Assembly (NCBI GenBank): GCA_965649765.1
Contig: OZ287758.1
Span: 50,220,001-50,284,000, forward strand
Source: Bispira polyomma
Taxonomy: Eukaryota
Direction: 5' to 3'
Length of the DNA: 64,000 nt
Of this stretch, positions 1 to 13,532 are shown piece by piece. Numbering within the stretch: position 1 is the stretch's first letter; every line of letters starts with the position of its first letter. The notes under the pieces are model-generated. The model was not told the origin of the DNA. It saw nothing but the letters and a program-made list of their open reading frames with translations, and did no database searches. The position numbers and the translations under genes were made by a program.

Positions 1-597
1 AGATGGGTTGGACATGTTTTATGTGATGGATAGGTTGCGAGAAGATTGCAAGATATGAAATGGTAAGTCTGAAACTTCCACTTCGAAACTAACAAGCATT
101 TACTTATGGTTTAGTATTACTGATGACTTATGACTACTAATAACTTATGTCTTATGTATTATAACTTATTTTTACTTATGACTTATGCATTATTTCTTTA
201 AAATTTATAATAATTATGTATTAAAAATGATTTCAGCCTTGTGTGTTTGGAGGAACTTCAGTCTGAAAGTGCCCATGCTTCAGACCGACGTGTAAAACAA
301 AAAAAGCCAGTTGTCTGGAATCTGAGGTCCACTTTGTGTGAAAATATTTGACTGGGATGGAACTATGATACAATCCACCCCCTAGCATCCAGAGGCAAGG
401 GTCGCAACTCCCTTTTACCCTTCATCCAACGAAGGGTGCCGTAGTCATTATATGGAAGAAGTTGGATGGAATGACCAGCAGTCATTTACAAGAGGCTGTA
501 AAGGGGCCTACGCTCACTATGAAACAATCTGTCAATTGGGTTGAAAGCATTTACATACACTAACTGTGAATGACACTACCTGTCACATATCACTAAA

Positions 598-905
598 GAA
601 ACCACCACCACATATCACCGGAGAAACCACCATCACATATCACCAGAGAAACCACCATCATACACAATGACACCATCAGTCAATTACTATGACACCGTAA
701 GTTATTCACTATAACACCATCAGTCATTCACTATCACGCCATCAGTCATTAACTATGACACTATCAGTCAATTACTATGACACCATAAGTCATTCACTAT
801 AGCACCATCAGTCATTAACTATGACACCATCAGTCATTAACTATGACACCATCAGTCAATTACTATGACACCATCAGTAATTTACTATAACACCATCAGT
901 CATTT
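598..905. repeat. 22-bp minisatellite (atgacaccatcagtcattaact-like), preceded by caccacatatcaccagagaaac-like units
   Basis: About 11 tandem imperfect units visible at 668-905, plus about 3 related units at 598-660. Confidence 0.9.
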
Positions 906-1156
906 ACATCCCTCATAAACTTAAAACTATTTAAAAGATTACTTACTAATTGAAAACTGTGTTACTTAAATTACTTAGTAATAAATGACAACTATGTCAA
1001 CTGAAACAGTTACTAAGTCAAATATTTGCACATTTAAAATCATATACACTATTGACACACATGTTTGGCAGTAAACACTAGAGATAATAATGAAATCTCA
1101 CACTTATAAGTGAGATTACACTAATTCGAAAAAATCAATAGAAACAGGGATATTTT

Positions 1157-1445
1157 GTTTGACCTTGGCAGTTTACACTATAAAACCAACTGAAACAATT
1201 AAGCTGTTACACAGTTAGAAGTGTAAGTGCAGTTCACTTGACCAGCTGAACTATAATACACTTACACAGCCAGAAGTCACATTAAGTTACTTAACCTATC
1301 GTTTGACCTTGGCAGTTTTCACTATAAATCCAACTGAAACAATGAAGCTGTTACACAGTTAGAAGTGTAAGTGCGGTTCACTTGACGAGCTGAAACTATT
1401 ACACAGTTACACAGCCAGAAGTGACATTAAGTTACTTAACCTATC
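1157..1445. repeat. Tandem duplication of about 144 bp
   Basis: gtttgaccttggcagt...ttaacctatc occurs at 1157-1300 and again at 1301-1445. Confidence 0.9.
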
Positions 1446-1563
1446 ACTGAAGCTTTTACATACTCATTCTTAAACTCATACTCACTCTATAATAATACTA
1501 CTTCAAATACCGATAATGAAAATACCAAAAAAATGAAATTACAAAAAAAACAGTATCTGTATT

Positions 1564-2157
1564 TTACTTCTGCTGATCCTCTGTAGCAACAGGAGGATCC
1601 TCTGTAGCAACAGGAGGGCCCGTCGTGAAGCTGAACGACATGTTGTTCAACACAGTAGTACGGTTGTAAGAGTATCTGCTGGTTCTGTTCCGCCTGGGCC
1701 TGAGCCAGTTCCACCTGCTCCTCCTTTTTGTCCCCCAGCGCCTTTGACTTGTGTACGTACCACTCATGAGTTGAAATGACTCCTCTGTAAAGTCTGACCA
1801 CAAGGAAGGGTGGACCTCCTTCGTACTGGTGGACATCCCCTGTGCCCAGGAATCTTTTGGGCTGGTTTGGCTAGTCTTATCCACGAGAACCTTTTCCAGT
1901 GATTAAAAGGTATTGCGAGCAATGTTGTTAACCTCCTTGATGATCTGCGAGATAAAATCTCCGTCACCATTGTCAAAACTGTGCGGCTTCCTGAAGCGCT
2001 TTGAAGGCATATAAGGTAGAGGCAAAGAAGTAGTTGTCCTTATTCCATCTTCGACGTCACCCGGTGGTGTTGGTGATGGTGGTTTCTCTAGTGATAATGA
2101 GGAATACGTGTCTTGGGGGAGGGAGGTGCCCTGACCCGAGGTGAGGTCTGGAAGCAC
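1564..2157 (-). pseudogene. Frameshifted ORF fragment, possibly the C-terminus of a MADF/Myb-type Harbinger accessory protein
   Basis: Overlapping GC-richer ORFs 1903-2157 and 1564-1884. The segment SWAQGMSTSTKEVHPSLWSDFTEESFQLM resembles C-termini of invertebrate MADF accessory proteins. It abuts a Harbinger transposase. Confidence 0.3.
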
Positions 2158-2199
2158 GACTTAAGCGGTATTGACCGTACTGACCTTTCATCAAATTTT

Positions 2200-2591
2200 A
2201 CAGCCACTTTTATAAAGTTTCCCAAGGATTGAGACAGCATTGTTTTCAACCAACATAATTTTATTCTGAATTTGACATCTCAAATATAGTTGGCTTCATC
2301 GAAGGTACTCGGATACAAATTATAGCACCATCTACGCACAAAGATGTTTATGTGAACAGTATGAGTTATCACTCTATAAACATGAAAATTAAGTTTGTTT
2401 ATGATTGCAGAATAACTAATATAGTTGCCAAATGGCTTGGGTCAGTCCATGACCATGATGTACTCAATGAATGTAATTTTAAAAGGACTAATGCTTGTGG
2501 GTTACTTTTTAATGATTTTGGCTACCCCTGTATGAACTGGTTGTTGACCCCTTACAGAAGGCCAGCCAATAACATACAGGAACACTGCAAG
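2200..2591 (+). pseudogene. PIF/Harbinger (HARBI1-like) DDE transposase exon, degraded
   Basis: Translation FIKFP...NIVGFIEGTRIQIIAPSTHKDVYVNSMSYHSINMK...RITNIVAKWLGSVHD...LFNDFGYPCMNWLLTPYRRP matches the Harbinger motifs IDGTHI, YVNRKGYHSIN, AKWPGSVHD and GDSGYP..WLLTPY. First catalytic D is changed to E. Ends at a splice donor aag|gtaata. Confidence 0.85.
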
Positions 2592-3524
2592 GTAATATAT
2601 TTCCAACTTAGTGTAGGTTTTATAACCGAGAAATATTGTGTACAGTAAATATTGTGTGCAAAAATTAAAAATATTTGTTTCAGTCTTAACAGGAAGTATG
2701 TAGCAAAAATAAATTCCAAATTATTACCTTATTCTTTAAAATCCATTGTTTATTAATCATTAATCATAACAAAACATAACCTTTAAAAGACCGATTTTCA
2801 TAGACTTTTATAAACAAAGTTTCAATACTGATTTCCCCCAAGCAAACATAGACAAGTTGCACATGCAATGTCAAGGAGTATTGTAATATGTAACTATATA
2901 AGGATACCTTTCATTGCATTCTACTTGGGTACACCAGTAGTGTTGTGTGTACCTGGTTATATCTCAAGAATGATTTTAATTCTGTGTGTATCCTTATTTT
3001 TGTGACAATATTTCTTTTTGGCATATTTTGGTGTGTGGTTATATCTGGAGAATTGTAATCTGTGTGTATCCTTAGTTTGGTATTATTGCAATTGAAGTTT
3101 TATAATATTGTTTTACATGATGGGTAGCATATTACTGTCTATCATAATTAAGTGCATCCCCCTAATTATCACCCCCTCCCTCGACATTTTGATTTGAATG
3201 GTTTTTCTGTGTACTGTGTATATTCTAGTTTATTAATTCACACTTCTATTAGGCTGATTTTTGTTGTAAGTGACTTATGAACCCACTAAATGGGGGGACA
3301 GCAATTCGTGGGGGACAGTGTTTCACCATAAATATGGTTATTACACCTAATCAATGTATAAAATTAGTTTTAAAGGAATTATTTTCCCACTATAATATCC
3401 ATATAACATACACATGCCTACACCACAAATATATAGAGTATTGGCTGCCGAAATTAATTTTAAATGAATTTAACGTACCAACACAGCTAAATAAGCAGTG
3501 GTACTGCTTAAAATATGAGGATAT

Positions 3525-4530
3525 CATTGACAGTTAAAACAGTATTAATTTCCATCCAGTAAATATGTCCGAGTAATCAGCCCAGTTGGTTGCAGATAAC
3601 CAAGTCCCATGGTTCCACTCAGTAGAATTTATGGTTATACCAGTATTATATAAAATACAGAAATATATTTTGACCTATTTATTCAATATCTTTAATCACT
3701 ATCACATCAAATATTGTCAATTTTAATAGAGTTAAAACATCAAGGCTACACCAATTTATACTTTTACATAGGCAGAGAATAAAAGTGGACTGACCCCCAC
3801 TTAATTAAATACAAGTAAAAATAAAGTTATATATTATATAGGTAATATTCTGTTATTTGCATTGGGCAACTTAAGAAAAGGTGGTCCTGTATACACCAGG
3901 AGGTCTATTTCATCAATATTTACATATAGATGTTCAAATATGTAACTAGTTCATTAATATTTACATATAGATGTTCAAATAGGTGACTATTTAATACATA
4001 TTTACAAATAAATGTTTAAAACAAATGGCTAGTTTAATAGCAGGCATATATTAAAAACAAATGACTAGTATAATAGCATGTACACACATGTTAAAAACAA
4101 AAAACTAGTATAATCGAATGTGCACACATTTTAATAACAAATGACTAGTAAAATAGAAAGTACATACATGTTCAAAACAAGTGACTAGTATAATATCATG
4201 TACATGTTAAAAATAAATGACTGGTAAAACAGCATGTACACACATGTTCAAAAAAAAAAATGACTAGTATGTTACCAAGTAAATATAGGTTCAATATAAC
4301 TAACTGCATATTAGTAAAATTTCTGAAATCCTATTATTCAAATACAGTCCAATGATGTATTCAATTTCAGTCAAGGGACACTTTATTTGTCACTCAGGCA
4401 GTCAGCAGGCCTTCAATAAATATCAGTAATAACTCAGTGAATAAATCTATGACATATAGGCAGTAGTTCAAATTAAAATTTAAAATGTCTTGCTGTTTCA
4501 GATTCCATATGATTTAATTGGTAGGATTTA
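3525..4530. repeat. Dispersed repeat block, copy A, containing an approximately 40-bp minisatellite
   Basis: Colinear with 12212-13532 (cattga.agtt.aaa.cagtattaatttcc ... cagattccatatgatt). Includes ttaaaaacaaatgactagtataacagcatgtacacacatg units at about 3915-4275. Confidence 0.9.
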
Positions 4531-4659
4531 GGTGGTTTGGTTTAGATTGGTTTCAGACACATTCTCTGAATGATTACAGATGCAGATGAAACTACCATGT
4601 GCAGGGTATTTACCAAAATTAACTAAAGATTTTCAAAATCTCTCCAAAACTATAACTTA

Positions 4660-7600
4660 CAGTAAGTCACCATGTGCTTCCTTTGGTATATGAGCATATA
4701 TCTTCCTCTTCAGGTGGTGATCTGTCCTTAGGACATATTTACCACACAGTGGACATGCCTTCAGGATCATAATATCTAATATTATGGAAAGGTCAATTAA
4801 CTGACATTAAACTTGTTTTTATAGAGTACTCTTTGTGGACTAAATACTGTAAGTCCTGTGTGGCTTAAACTCAAAATTAACTTATTTTTTCCAGAGCACA
4901 TGAAACATTATTGAGCAATTATGTGAAACAAAACTTTACGTTAACGCCATAAAGTTTTTGTTAGTATCAGTATGACTGAAATTGCACTTATATGAAATTA
5001 AAACTTCAGGACTGGAAATTGGAATGTACTAAATTTGGTATATGGACTATTTATTTTAGGATACAATATTTAGTGCTTTCATCAATATGTATCACATGGG
5101 AAAAATATAGTAACATTTACTTTGCTGGCATTATGCTGCTCTAAAACCATGGTTGGCTCCTTCTGCTTATAATCATGTGATGCACCATGCACTGAGAGTC
5201 TTTTAAGATTATACACAGACGCACCACACTGTGAGCAGTGGAATTTCTTACACTGCTGGCTCTTACCAAGAATCTGTTTAAATAACTTATAAACATAACG
5301 AATATATACATAAAATCCACTGGGTTACCTATTACCATTCACTGTGGGTAGGATAAATTGATCTTCTTTCAAAAAAAGATCTGAAGGTAATTTTAAAACA
5401 GATTACATTTCAGGCTGGACAATCAAGTCAACCCCAAATCACAGTAACTATAAAATAAATTTCTTCTGTAAAATTGACGAAATTATTAAAAGTTGTCATT
5501 GAACAAAAAAGTATTACATTAACAAATTCAAAAGAAACTTTATAAGAAAGGGAAAAACTGTGAAACCTAAATCAATTCTATGTTACCTCTTTTGCACTGA
5601 CAGGTCTGAAATAGTTCTAAATATAAAGTTAAAAGTATTTGTATTTTGGTGAGCACTTCCAGCAAACAACTTTTTACTTGTATGACATAAATTACAATAC
5701 TTTCTGTTCATGTAGATGTTTTCCAATAAAGTTTAGACTGACTTTACTATATAGCATTCAAACACAATTAAAGGTAACCTAAAAAGGCTGATGAGAGGTT
5801 TTCTTCGAGAAAGTTTGCCAATAGCTTGGTAATACCATAAGGATCATTTTGACAGTAAAAAATAAAAATATTATGTGTACAACATTTAGCTTATATGCAA
5901 AACACAAGACTATGTAAAATCAAGCATCGAGTAACCGAAGAATTCGTCACATAACAAGATGCAATGAATATCAGTCCGGAATATGATTCCGGAATATGAG
6001 CCTATGTCTTTGATTACCTAGCAGGTAAAGTAGTTGGGAATTTACTATTGTGTTGCTGTTGTTGCAGGTATTATGTAACTATCTTCAGAATCATCTGGGC
6101 AAGAATAGAAGCTGCAACAATAAAAACTGTTCATAACAAAACATATAGTATTGTATGATGATACATGAAAACAGCCTTCATAATAGCATTTATAAACATT
6201 TAGGCAGATTAAAATGTTAATACTCTTTCCCCATTACAGACATGCTGAAATGGTACACAAATCTTAACCAAAGCAAGTCTTCCACAAAAAAAGTAGTTAG
6301 GAGAAATCTATTTCTTTCCGAACATTGTTTTCACATGCATATCTAGGATATTAGATGTCAATATACATAACTCACCTAATATGAAAGAGCTCTCTCTTCG
6401 CCACATAAAAGACATTTTACCTTAAACACATAATAAAATATGAATAACAAAGCAGATATACCTATAGTAAAAATAATATGCATCTTTTAACAATAAGAGT
6501 AATTATGTTAAATACATTCAACAAAAATCTACAACACACAATGGCATCTTGATAAATAATGAAGAATCTCAAAATAATGTATCTACATAAATCACAAAAA
6601 CCTTCATGTTGATTTATAAACTTTGAAAATATTTAAAGTAGCAAAAATACCTCACAAGATAACAAAAGTACCACTCAAACATTAGATGTCATCATTATGT
6701 AACCAATCAAGAACGGTATATTTTCACTTTATCCCTGATATTTTGGGCTTAAACAAATTTAAAAAGATTACATTAAAAGATTGCCAAAGGAAGTGCCGTG
6801 AACTTTGCACAGAGGATGGGAAAAATACAAAAAAATACAATGACAACTGACCACTCGAACTAGACCACTGTTTTACATTAATTTCAATATTAAGGTAATC
6901 CAGAATTTAAGAAATATTTGGTTACTATTGTAACTCCTTCGGTACCAATATTTCACAATACTTAACTACCGGATCAAAATATCAAAATTGGTCTAAGACT
7001 AAGCTTTACAATTTTCTACAGTAATGGCAGAAATTAAGCATGGCAAGCTTTGATGTTCTAAAAAGGTTTTGTGTTACTACTATTACCAAATGGAATGCCC
7101 AAAAATTTCATCATTTGCAGTTGAGCTAGATTCCTGGTCCATTTTCTGGTCAACTTTCATTAGCTTCAAATTTAACTCTTTCTCATACAGAGCCAATTTT
7201 TGCTTTTCTAGCTCAAATTTATCCCTCTCAAGCTTCATCCTTTTTTTGTCTAGATTGATTTTTGCAAGAGTTTCCTTGTGTTCCCTTTCTGATTTAGACA
7301 GATACTCGTACACACATTCCGAGACCTTTTGAAATTTTGCTCAGGATAATAGACACTGATATAAATTGATGATATTTACTAAAATGTGAACTTATATATA
7401 GTCAGGGTATGGTTTATCGAGGAGCAATTGAATTGAGGATCAGCGTTTCACGTTGGTTTTAAATATGATAAACAGCAATTTTTGTTGGTAAGATCAATAT
7501 AAACCTATTTTGCATCTTAAAATCGCTACATATTTATTTGTAAGCAACGTATTATTTTGGTGAGGTACTATGGCAACTAGGCGCATGCTTATGTCCTTAA

Positions 7601-7945
7601 TATCCCACCCACCGACTATAATTGCATTAATAAATATGCATGCATGCATAATTTAAAGCAAAATATGTTATTTTCGATGTCGTGGAAGAAAGTTAATCTT
7701 AAAACTTACGCGCGTAAAAAACTTAAGATAAAAGATAAGATATATTAGCCTACTCACCTCTTACTACTATCTTCTCACTGCTATATTCTCCATTACTTTT
7801 TTCTGTCACGTACCTTTTTACAGGGCTAATTTTCTTAGGGGATAAGTTGTCCTGAAAGCATAATTTCACCTAGACCAGGTGTTCTGTCCTCGCTAATGCT
7901 TTGATTTTCTGACGGTATCACGTCGAGGGACAGAGCGGCCTCCAT
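4660..7945 (-). pseudogene. Spliced coiled-coil / C2H2 zinc-finger gene (degraded), head-to-head with EXD1
   Basis: ATG 7945 exon MEAALSLDVIPSENQSISEDRTPGL|gtgaa. Donor ag|gtgagt near 7757. Coiled-coil segment 7085-7340 (EREHKETLAKINLDKKRMKLERDKFELEKQKL). Clean 153-nt phase-0 exon 5121-5273 encoding FHCSQCGASVYNLKRLSVHGASH. CPLCGK segment 4660-4765. That all exons belong to one gene is inferred. Confidence 0.5.
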
Positions 7946-8891
7946 AACCAAAACGCTGTTAATAAAAGACTGCATATATAGAGATAGAATCTGGTAGAAA
8001 TAAATACATCCCCTCATTCCTTATATATGATATAGTAGCCGATTAAATTAATATAATGCTGTAAACATAACCTTTGGTAAGCTCTAAAATGGCAGATTAC
8101 ATGGGTTCCAAAATTCGTATACATGCAGACGATGGGACATACAAGGGGATTATACATAGTATCAACTTGAATAATACACAGATAACCTAAATAAATTGTA
8201 TCCCATAATTCTGGTCAGAAAATGTCAAGACTGATATGCTTCTTTGGAAATGACATAGAAAAAGTTTAACTGTTAAACCAGCATCCCACCTCAAAGAAAG
8301 TTGTGACCCAAGATGAGAGTGGTCCATCAATTTTGAAAAAGAAGTGTGTGCCAGAGCACTTAAAAGAAAGTTAAAAATTAGTGACAGAAGCAAGCTTTTC
8401 CTGCGATACCAGTATTGGAGGTCGGCAGGTTGCAGCAGCGTGTTGAGTGGAAAGGAGGACTTTGTCACCAAGACACCAGAAGACCCTCAATTCCGTTAGT
8501 AGGCCAAGAACCTCAATTGTTATTGACCATAAAAACCCACAACTGTCCCAGAAGTAAAGACAGGTGCTGCCTCCCTAGCCAATGGACTTGAGCAGCAGAG
8601 CTCGGCAAAGAAACAACCCCCCACCTTCACTGTATTGAAACAAATGATTAATTTGTATTAGAAAGCGTTAGTCCACAATCAGATACAGGACATTTTAGGG
8701 CTGGCTGCAGAAGAGGTCGACTTGGGACGTAAAGACAAGCTCTGCTGGGTGCAGATTTGCTGTACAAACCACACATTTATATTTGACATCATATCCCTTG
8801 GTAAAGAAGCCATCACTAAAGGATTAAAAGAGGTGCTTGAAATGGAAGGATTCAAAAGATACTCCATGACTATAGACTGCTGTCTGATCTG

Positions 8892-10072
8892 CACAGCAGG
8901 ACCCTTTAGGGGCCTGATACTTCAGTCCACTTACAAACCTTTTAACTTTTATCACAACCTTAATTTCGGTTATACCAACAATATATGTAGCTATTTACTG
9001 GGCTACTAGCCAATCACAGCCCACACACTTGTTGTTTAGGCTTCACTTTCCAAATCACCATTTTGAATCTACATTCAAGCTATAGAATTCAAAGCAACAA
9101 CAAGTGAAAAATATTTTATGACCCACCTCCTCCACTATGACCACAGCCTAGTGCTTGACGAATAATCAGCGACTTAAGCTTTATGTTTTCTTTAATATCA
9201 TGTCACGACAAAGTGAATAGTCCACGTGGAAATACGGGCAAGTCACTACTATATTGGAATTGTAATCCGGTCGTTTCCAACAGGGAACTCGGCAACAGAG
9301 CGGACGGCAAAGGTTCGAGCCGGTGGCCGTGTGAAGGGGGGATCCTGTCTCTTATGCCTCCACTGGGTCATATAATGCATCGCCAGGAGGGGGTATGACG
9401 GGCAGGATTTCCCCTTTGCTAGGCGGTTGGTGCCCTAGGCCATCGGTTCTAACGTTAGCCTGAAGCGCATGCCAATGGATGAAATTGAGAAAATTACTTG
9501 TGGTATCTTAGTAAATAATGTTAAATACAGGCATATAAACTGAGAGTGGTTGTAAATATTAACCAATAATGAGAGAGTTTCTAACAATTAGCTATGTTGA
9601 ACTTCAGTAATGATATAAATGTGGTATATGGACTGTTTATGGCCATTGATGATGTAATTTGTGTGTCGATTTATGCAAGATTTATTGTTTTATGTGTAAC
9701 TTTTAGTATCTACATATTTCACTATATAGCTTGAAAGGTAACAAGAATGATACCAGTTTTAAGTTGTACTCTTACGTATATTGTATAATTATTTAATGGC
9801 TAGTCCGCATATTTTTATGTATTTATTATTGGCTAGTCCTTTACGACTTAAATCTCTGTTAGTCTTTAGTCCTCCTTGATTGGGGCTTAAAATTTTCTGA
9901 ATTTTAACCATTTTTACACTTGTTTCTCTGTACATATACCATTAACATGTATATATAAAATAAAGCTCAAACTGAACCGGTTTGTTTACTTACACAAACA
10001 TCACACTTGACTTAAAATCCATTACTTAACATCTTGAACCCAACTTACACCTTATAACTTAAGTGGACTGTG
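8892..10072. mobile_element. Non-autonomous TIR element (Harbinger-type, CTG target duplication) inserted in EXD1 copy 1
   Basis: Copy 3 reads gatctgctgtacaa at the empty site. Here ctg (8889-8891) | cacag...ctgtg | ctg (10073-10075). TIR cacagtccactta / taagtggactgtg, with the left TIR interrupted by about 29 bp. Confidence 0.75.
9201..9995 (+). mobile_element. Probable solo LTR nested in the MITE
   Basis: Starts tgtcacg, GC-rich U3-like segment, AATAAA at about 9959, ends near ttaca. Target duplication is not clean. Confidence 0.4.
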
Positions 10073-12211
10073 CTGTACAACTAGTACAATACCAAACTGA
10101 TCAATGTGTTTGAAACCCAGGTGGCTGCTGTCATGGTGTATCGTCTCTTTCACGGAGGAGACTTCCCGCGCTATGTGTCCAGTCTGCACATCTGGCTATT
10201 TGAAGACCTGGACGTGTCTGAGGAAGAGGTTTACGTACACAAAGTGACGGAAATTTGTACAAAAGAAGATGAAGGTGTCTGGGCTGAGAGGCCTGCGTCC
10301 TTGTCCATGATCGATGCTGCCATTAAAAATGTGGTCCATTTACACCAATTGAAGATGGTCTTTCACAATAAGATGTTATTTGACTTCACAGACGGTGTGG
10401 ACATCTATCTGAGTATTGTATGGGATGACAAAGTAAACCATGTTTGACCAGGGCCAAAAATGAACAGTAAGATGCAGTTTCCCAAGGAGTTTTATTAACT
10501 GAGGTTGTGTGCGGATGATAAGTGCTCTCGCTTTATGCGTCTCCATCACTCACAAGATTTCTACGATGGGAAGGGCTTTGGGATAAACACTTCCAGAGCA
10601 CAAGATCAGGCCATCAATGTCATGTAAGGATTTCACACGCAGGTTCTGGTTTTTTAACTCAGAGGCCACTCTCACCAGAGCCAACCCTTCAGAGACGAGG
10701 TCGCCCCCGCAGTTCGTCGAATGGCAGAAGGTCAAGGTCGAAGAGTGCAGAGTCTCGAGAGACCGTTAAAGATTTGGGGCCGAAGAGAGGCGAAAACGCA
10801 GCGAGTCCGACACGGAGCAATGCCAAGGTAACAAGGAGATGGAGAGCTTTGAGGGTTTACTGAGAAAACAAGGGAGAGAAGCAGTCAAGTCCCGAGAGTA
10901 CTGGGGGCGAAAAAAGCCGGGACTCTTCAAAGGACAGAGGAGTCGGAGGGTAGTGGTAGTTATAAAGCCACCACAATGGAATTAGAAGTGATCCCGAGTC
11001 GACCAAAACTCATAAATTCAGGACAGCGTAGGAGTGACAGCAGTGCTGAGGCAGATTGTTGCATCAACTGTCGCCAAGTGAACAAAACCCCGATAGTAAA
11101 CCAGGCGGGCAAGGGTTGTCGTCGTGGTAGCTAGAGTATTAGCCCCAGTAAATCGTTTGATGTGATGAAAGATTAATGTAGTTATTTTAAAAATAAAACA
11201 TTGAAAAAAAAATTAAAATAAAAACTAAACTACTTATATAAGCACAACACTGTCGGCCATTTTACGTCGGTCTAAATTTACAATGTTTTGCTTATGGTAG
11301 CCGTTCTGTCCCTTTTTGTGATGTAGCTGTCAAAATAACAGCAAGTAATCTTGCTATATAGGGACAGATTTTTTAGTCTTAATTCCACCTAACATAATAT
11401 ATATGGATATTATTTTAAAGCTCTCGTAGAGCTCGTTCTTTTGGTGTATATATTGTTCAAATGCCATTCGAATCGGGTACGTAATTGGCCAAACACAAAG
11501 CTTTTATAGTTCAAATACAGTATCGTCTGCAACACAGGAGTTTCCGACGTACTTAAAAAAATTCTGTTTATCGTGAAATATGTCCAAAGTAAATAATGTA
11601 CGTCGAAAACATGATGCATGAACATACATACCAGGGTTTTTTTGAAATATCACCTGCATACAAATTGACGCCAGAGCAAATGGACAATGAAGTAATTAAA
11701 CTCCGGGAAAAAAACTGGTACGGACCTGGGTACGTATCGTAATAATAAACTGGTCTGCCATTTACAAACTTCGGATGCACTAGATAAAAACATCTATTCA
11801 GTACTATTTCAAAAAAATCGGACACTCTTTGTTAAAGTTCACAATATAACATCAATACACATCTCATAAAACAAACCATACGCTTTACGTACCTTAATCC
11901 AGCCATATTTTAACTGTTTAGCAGTGTAGAAGTTTGCCGCCATAATAATTGGTGCCTACTAAAACTCGGACATGTCCGAAAGTCAAAGTGGCGGTGGTGT
12001 AAAAGTAGCGTAGTGTATTTTTTTATAGGCTATACCACTAGTGGTGCAGAATATCTAAGTAAGTGACATAAATGTGGCGTAGTTTAAATAAATTATATAT
12101 ATGCAGTTAATTCATATTTATACTTACTTATAGTGTTTTGTGGAACTGCGTATGAAACTTAAACTATTCATTGAGCCATTAAGAATACAAACTAGAGTGT
12201 GTGCCAGATAC

Positions 12212-13532
12212 CATTGATAGTTGAAACCAGTATTAATTTCCAGCCAACAAATACAAGTAATCGGCCAAGTTGGTTGCAGGTAATTAAGCCCAGTTTCCAT
12301 AGTTTCACTCGGTAGAATTTATTATTATACCAGTATCCGTATCCTCCAGCACCAGTTATGTTGTCCTACAAGCTTAAACAAATTCTAACAAGTGGCAAAC
12401 TGATACAATAAAATATAGAAAAAAAAAATGACCTATTTATTCCATATCTTTAATCACTATCAAATATTATCAATTACAATAGAGTTAAAACGTTAAGACT
12501 ACACCAATTTATACTTTTACATAGGCAGAGAATAAAAGTGGGTTGACCCACACTTAATTAAATACAAGTAAAAATTAAGTTATATAGGTAATATTCTGTT
12601 ATTTACAGTGTCCAAATGCTGCAGATCAAAGATGGAGTGAACCATTGGTCAACTTATAAAATGTGGTCCTGTATACATCAGGAGGCCTGGTTCATCAAAA
12701 TATACATATAGATGTTCAAATAAGTGACTAGTTTATTAATATGTACATCGATGTTCAAATAGGTGACTATTTAATTAATATGTACTAGATGTTTAAAATA
12801 AATGACTACTATTATAGCATGCACATGCTCAAAGCAAATTGCTAGTAAAACGGCATGTACACACATGTTAAAAACAAATGACTGGTATAACGGCATGTAC
12901 ACATGTTGAAAACAACAAAATAAATGACTAGTAAAACAGCATGTACATGTTAAAAACAAATTACTAGTATATCAGCATGTACATGGTAAAAACAAATGAC
13001 CAGTATAACATCATGTACACGTATGTTAAAAACAAATGACTAATATTAAAGCATCTACATACATGTTAAAAACAACTGACTAGTATAGTAGCATGTAGAC
13101 ACATGTTAAAAACAAATAACAAGTGTAATAGAATGCACAAACATGTTAAAAACAAATGACTGGTATAACAGCATGTACACATATGTTAAAAACAAATGAC
13201 TAGTATAACACATGTACACACATGTTGAAAACAAATGACTAGTATAACAGCATATACATGTTAAAAACAAATGACTAGTAAACTAGCATGTACATAGTAA
13301 AAACAAATGACTAGTATAACAGCATGTACACACATGTTAAAAACAAATGACTAGTATATAAACAAGTTGTTTTCAAGGGACACTTTTTTTGTCACTCAGG
13401 CAGTCAGCAGGTCGTCAATAAAACTCGACACTAAATGAGTGAATAAATCTAGGACATATAGGCAGTAGTTCAAAGTAAAATTTAAAATGTCTCACTCTTT
13501 CAGATTCCATATGATTGGATTGTTGGGATTTG
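12212..13532. repeat. Dispersed repeat block, copy B, with expanded approximately 40-bp minisatellite (about 12690-13360)
   Basis: Homologous to 3525-4530, with many more ttaaaaacaaatgactagtataacagcatgtaca units. Confidence 0.9.

Larger units (their letters stand above)
8089..11215 (+). pseudogene. EXD1: piRNA biogenesis protein EXD1, intronless full-length copy 1 (stops, frameshifts, MITE insertion)
   Basis: N-terminal Lsm-like domain MADYMGSKIRIHADDGTYKGIIHSIN...SGQKMSRLICFFGNDIEKV*LL. Exonuclease-like domain GLAAEEVDLGRKDKLCWVQI...FIFDIISLGKEAITKGLKEVLE...LHDYRLLSDLL...NVFETQVA...GGDFPRYVSSL...VWAERP...KMLFDFTDGVDIYL is colinear with EXD1 and has no introns. AATAAA near 11192 followed by an A-run at 11204-11212. 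Confidence 0.88.

Noticed and set aside
5785-5835. ctgatga-gagg(tttt)cttc-gaga, hammerhead-like
   Set aside because: GAAA is replaced by GAGA and no convincing stems I or III form.
11410-11945. CpG-rich segment with a minus-strand ATG micro-exon (atggctggattaag|gtacgt)
   Set aside because: No recognisable protein in any frame; cannot be assigned.
12690-13360. Regular repeat array resembling CRISPR (also 668-905 and 21180-21652)
   Set aside because: Units are contiguous with no unique spacers, there are no cas genes, and the context is eukaryotic; these are minisatellites.
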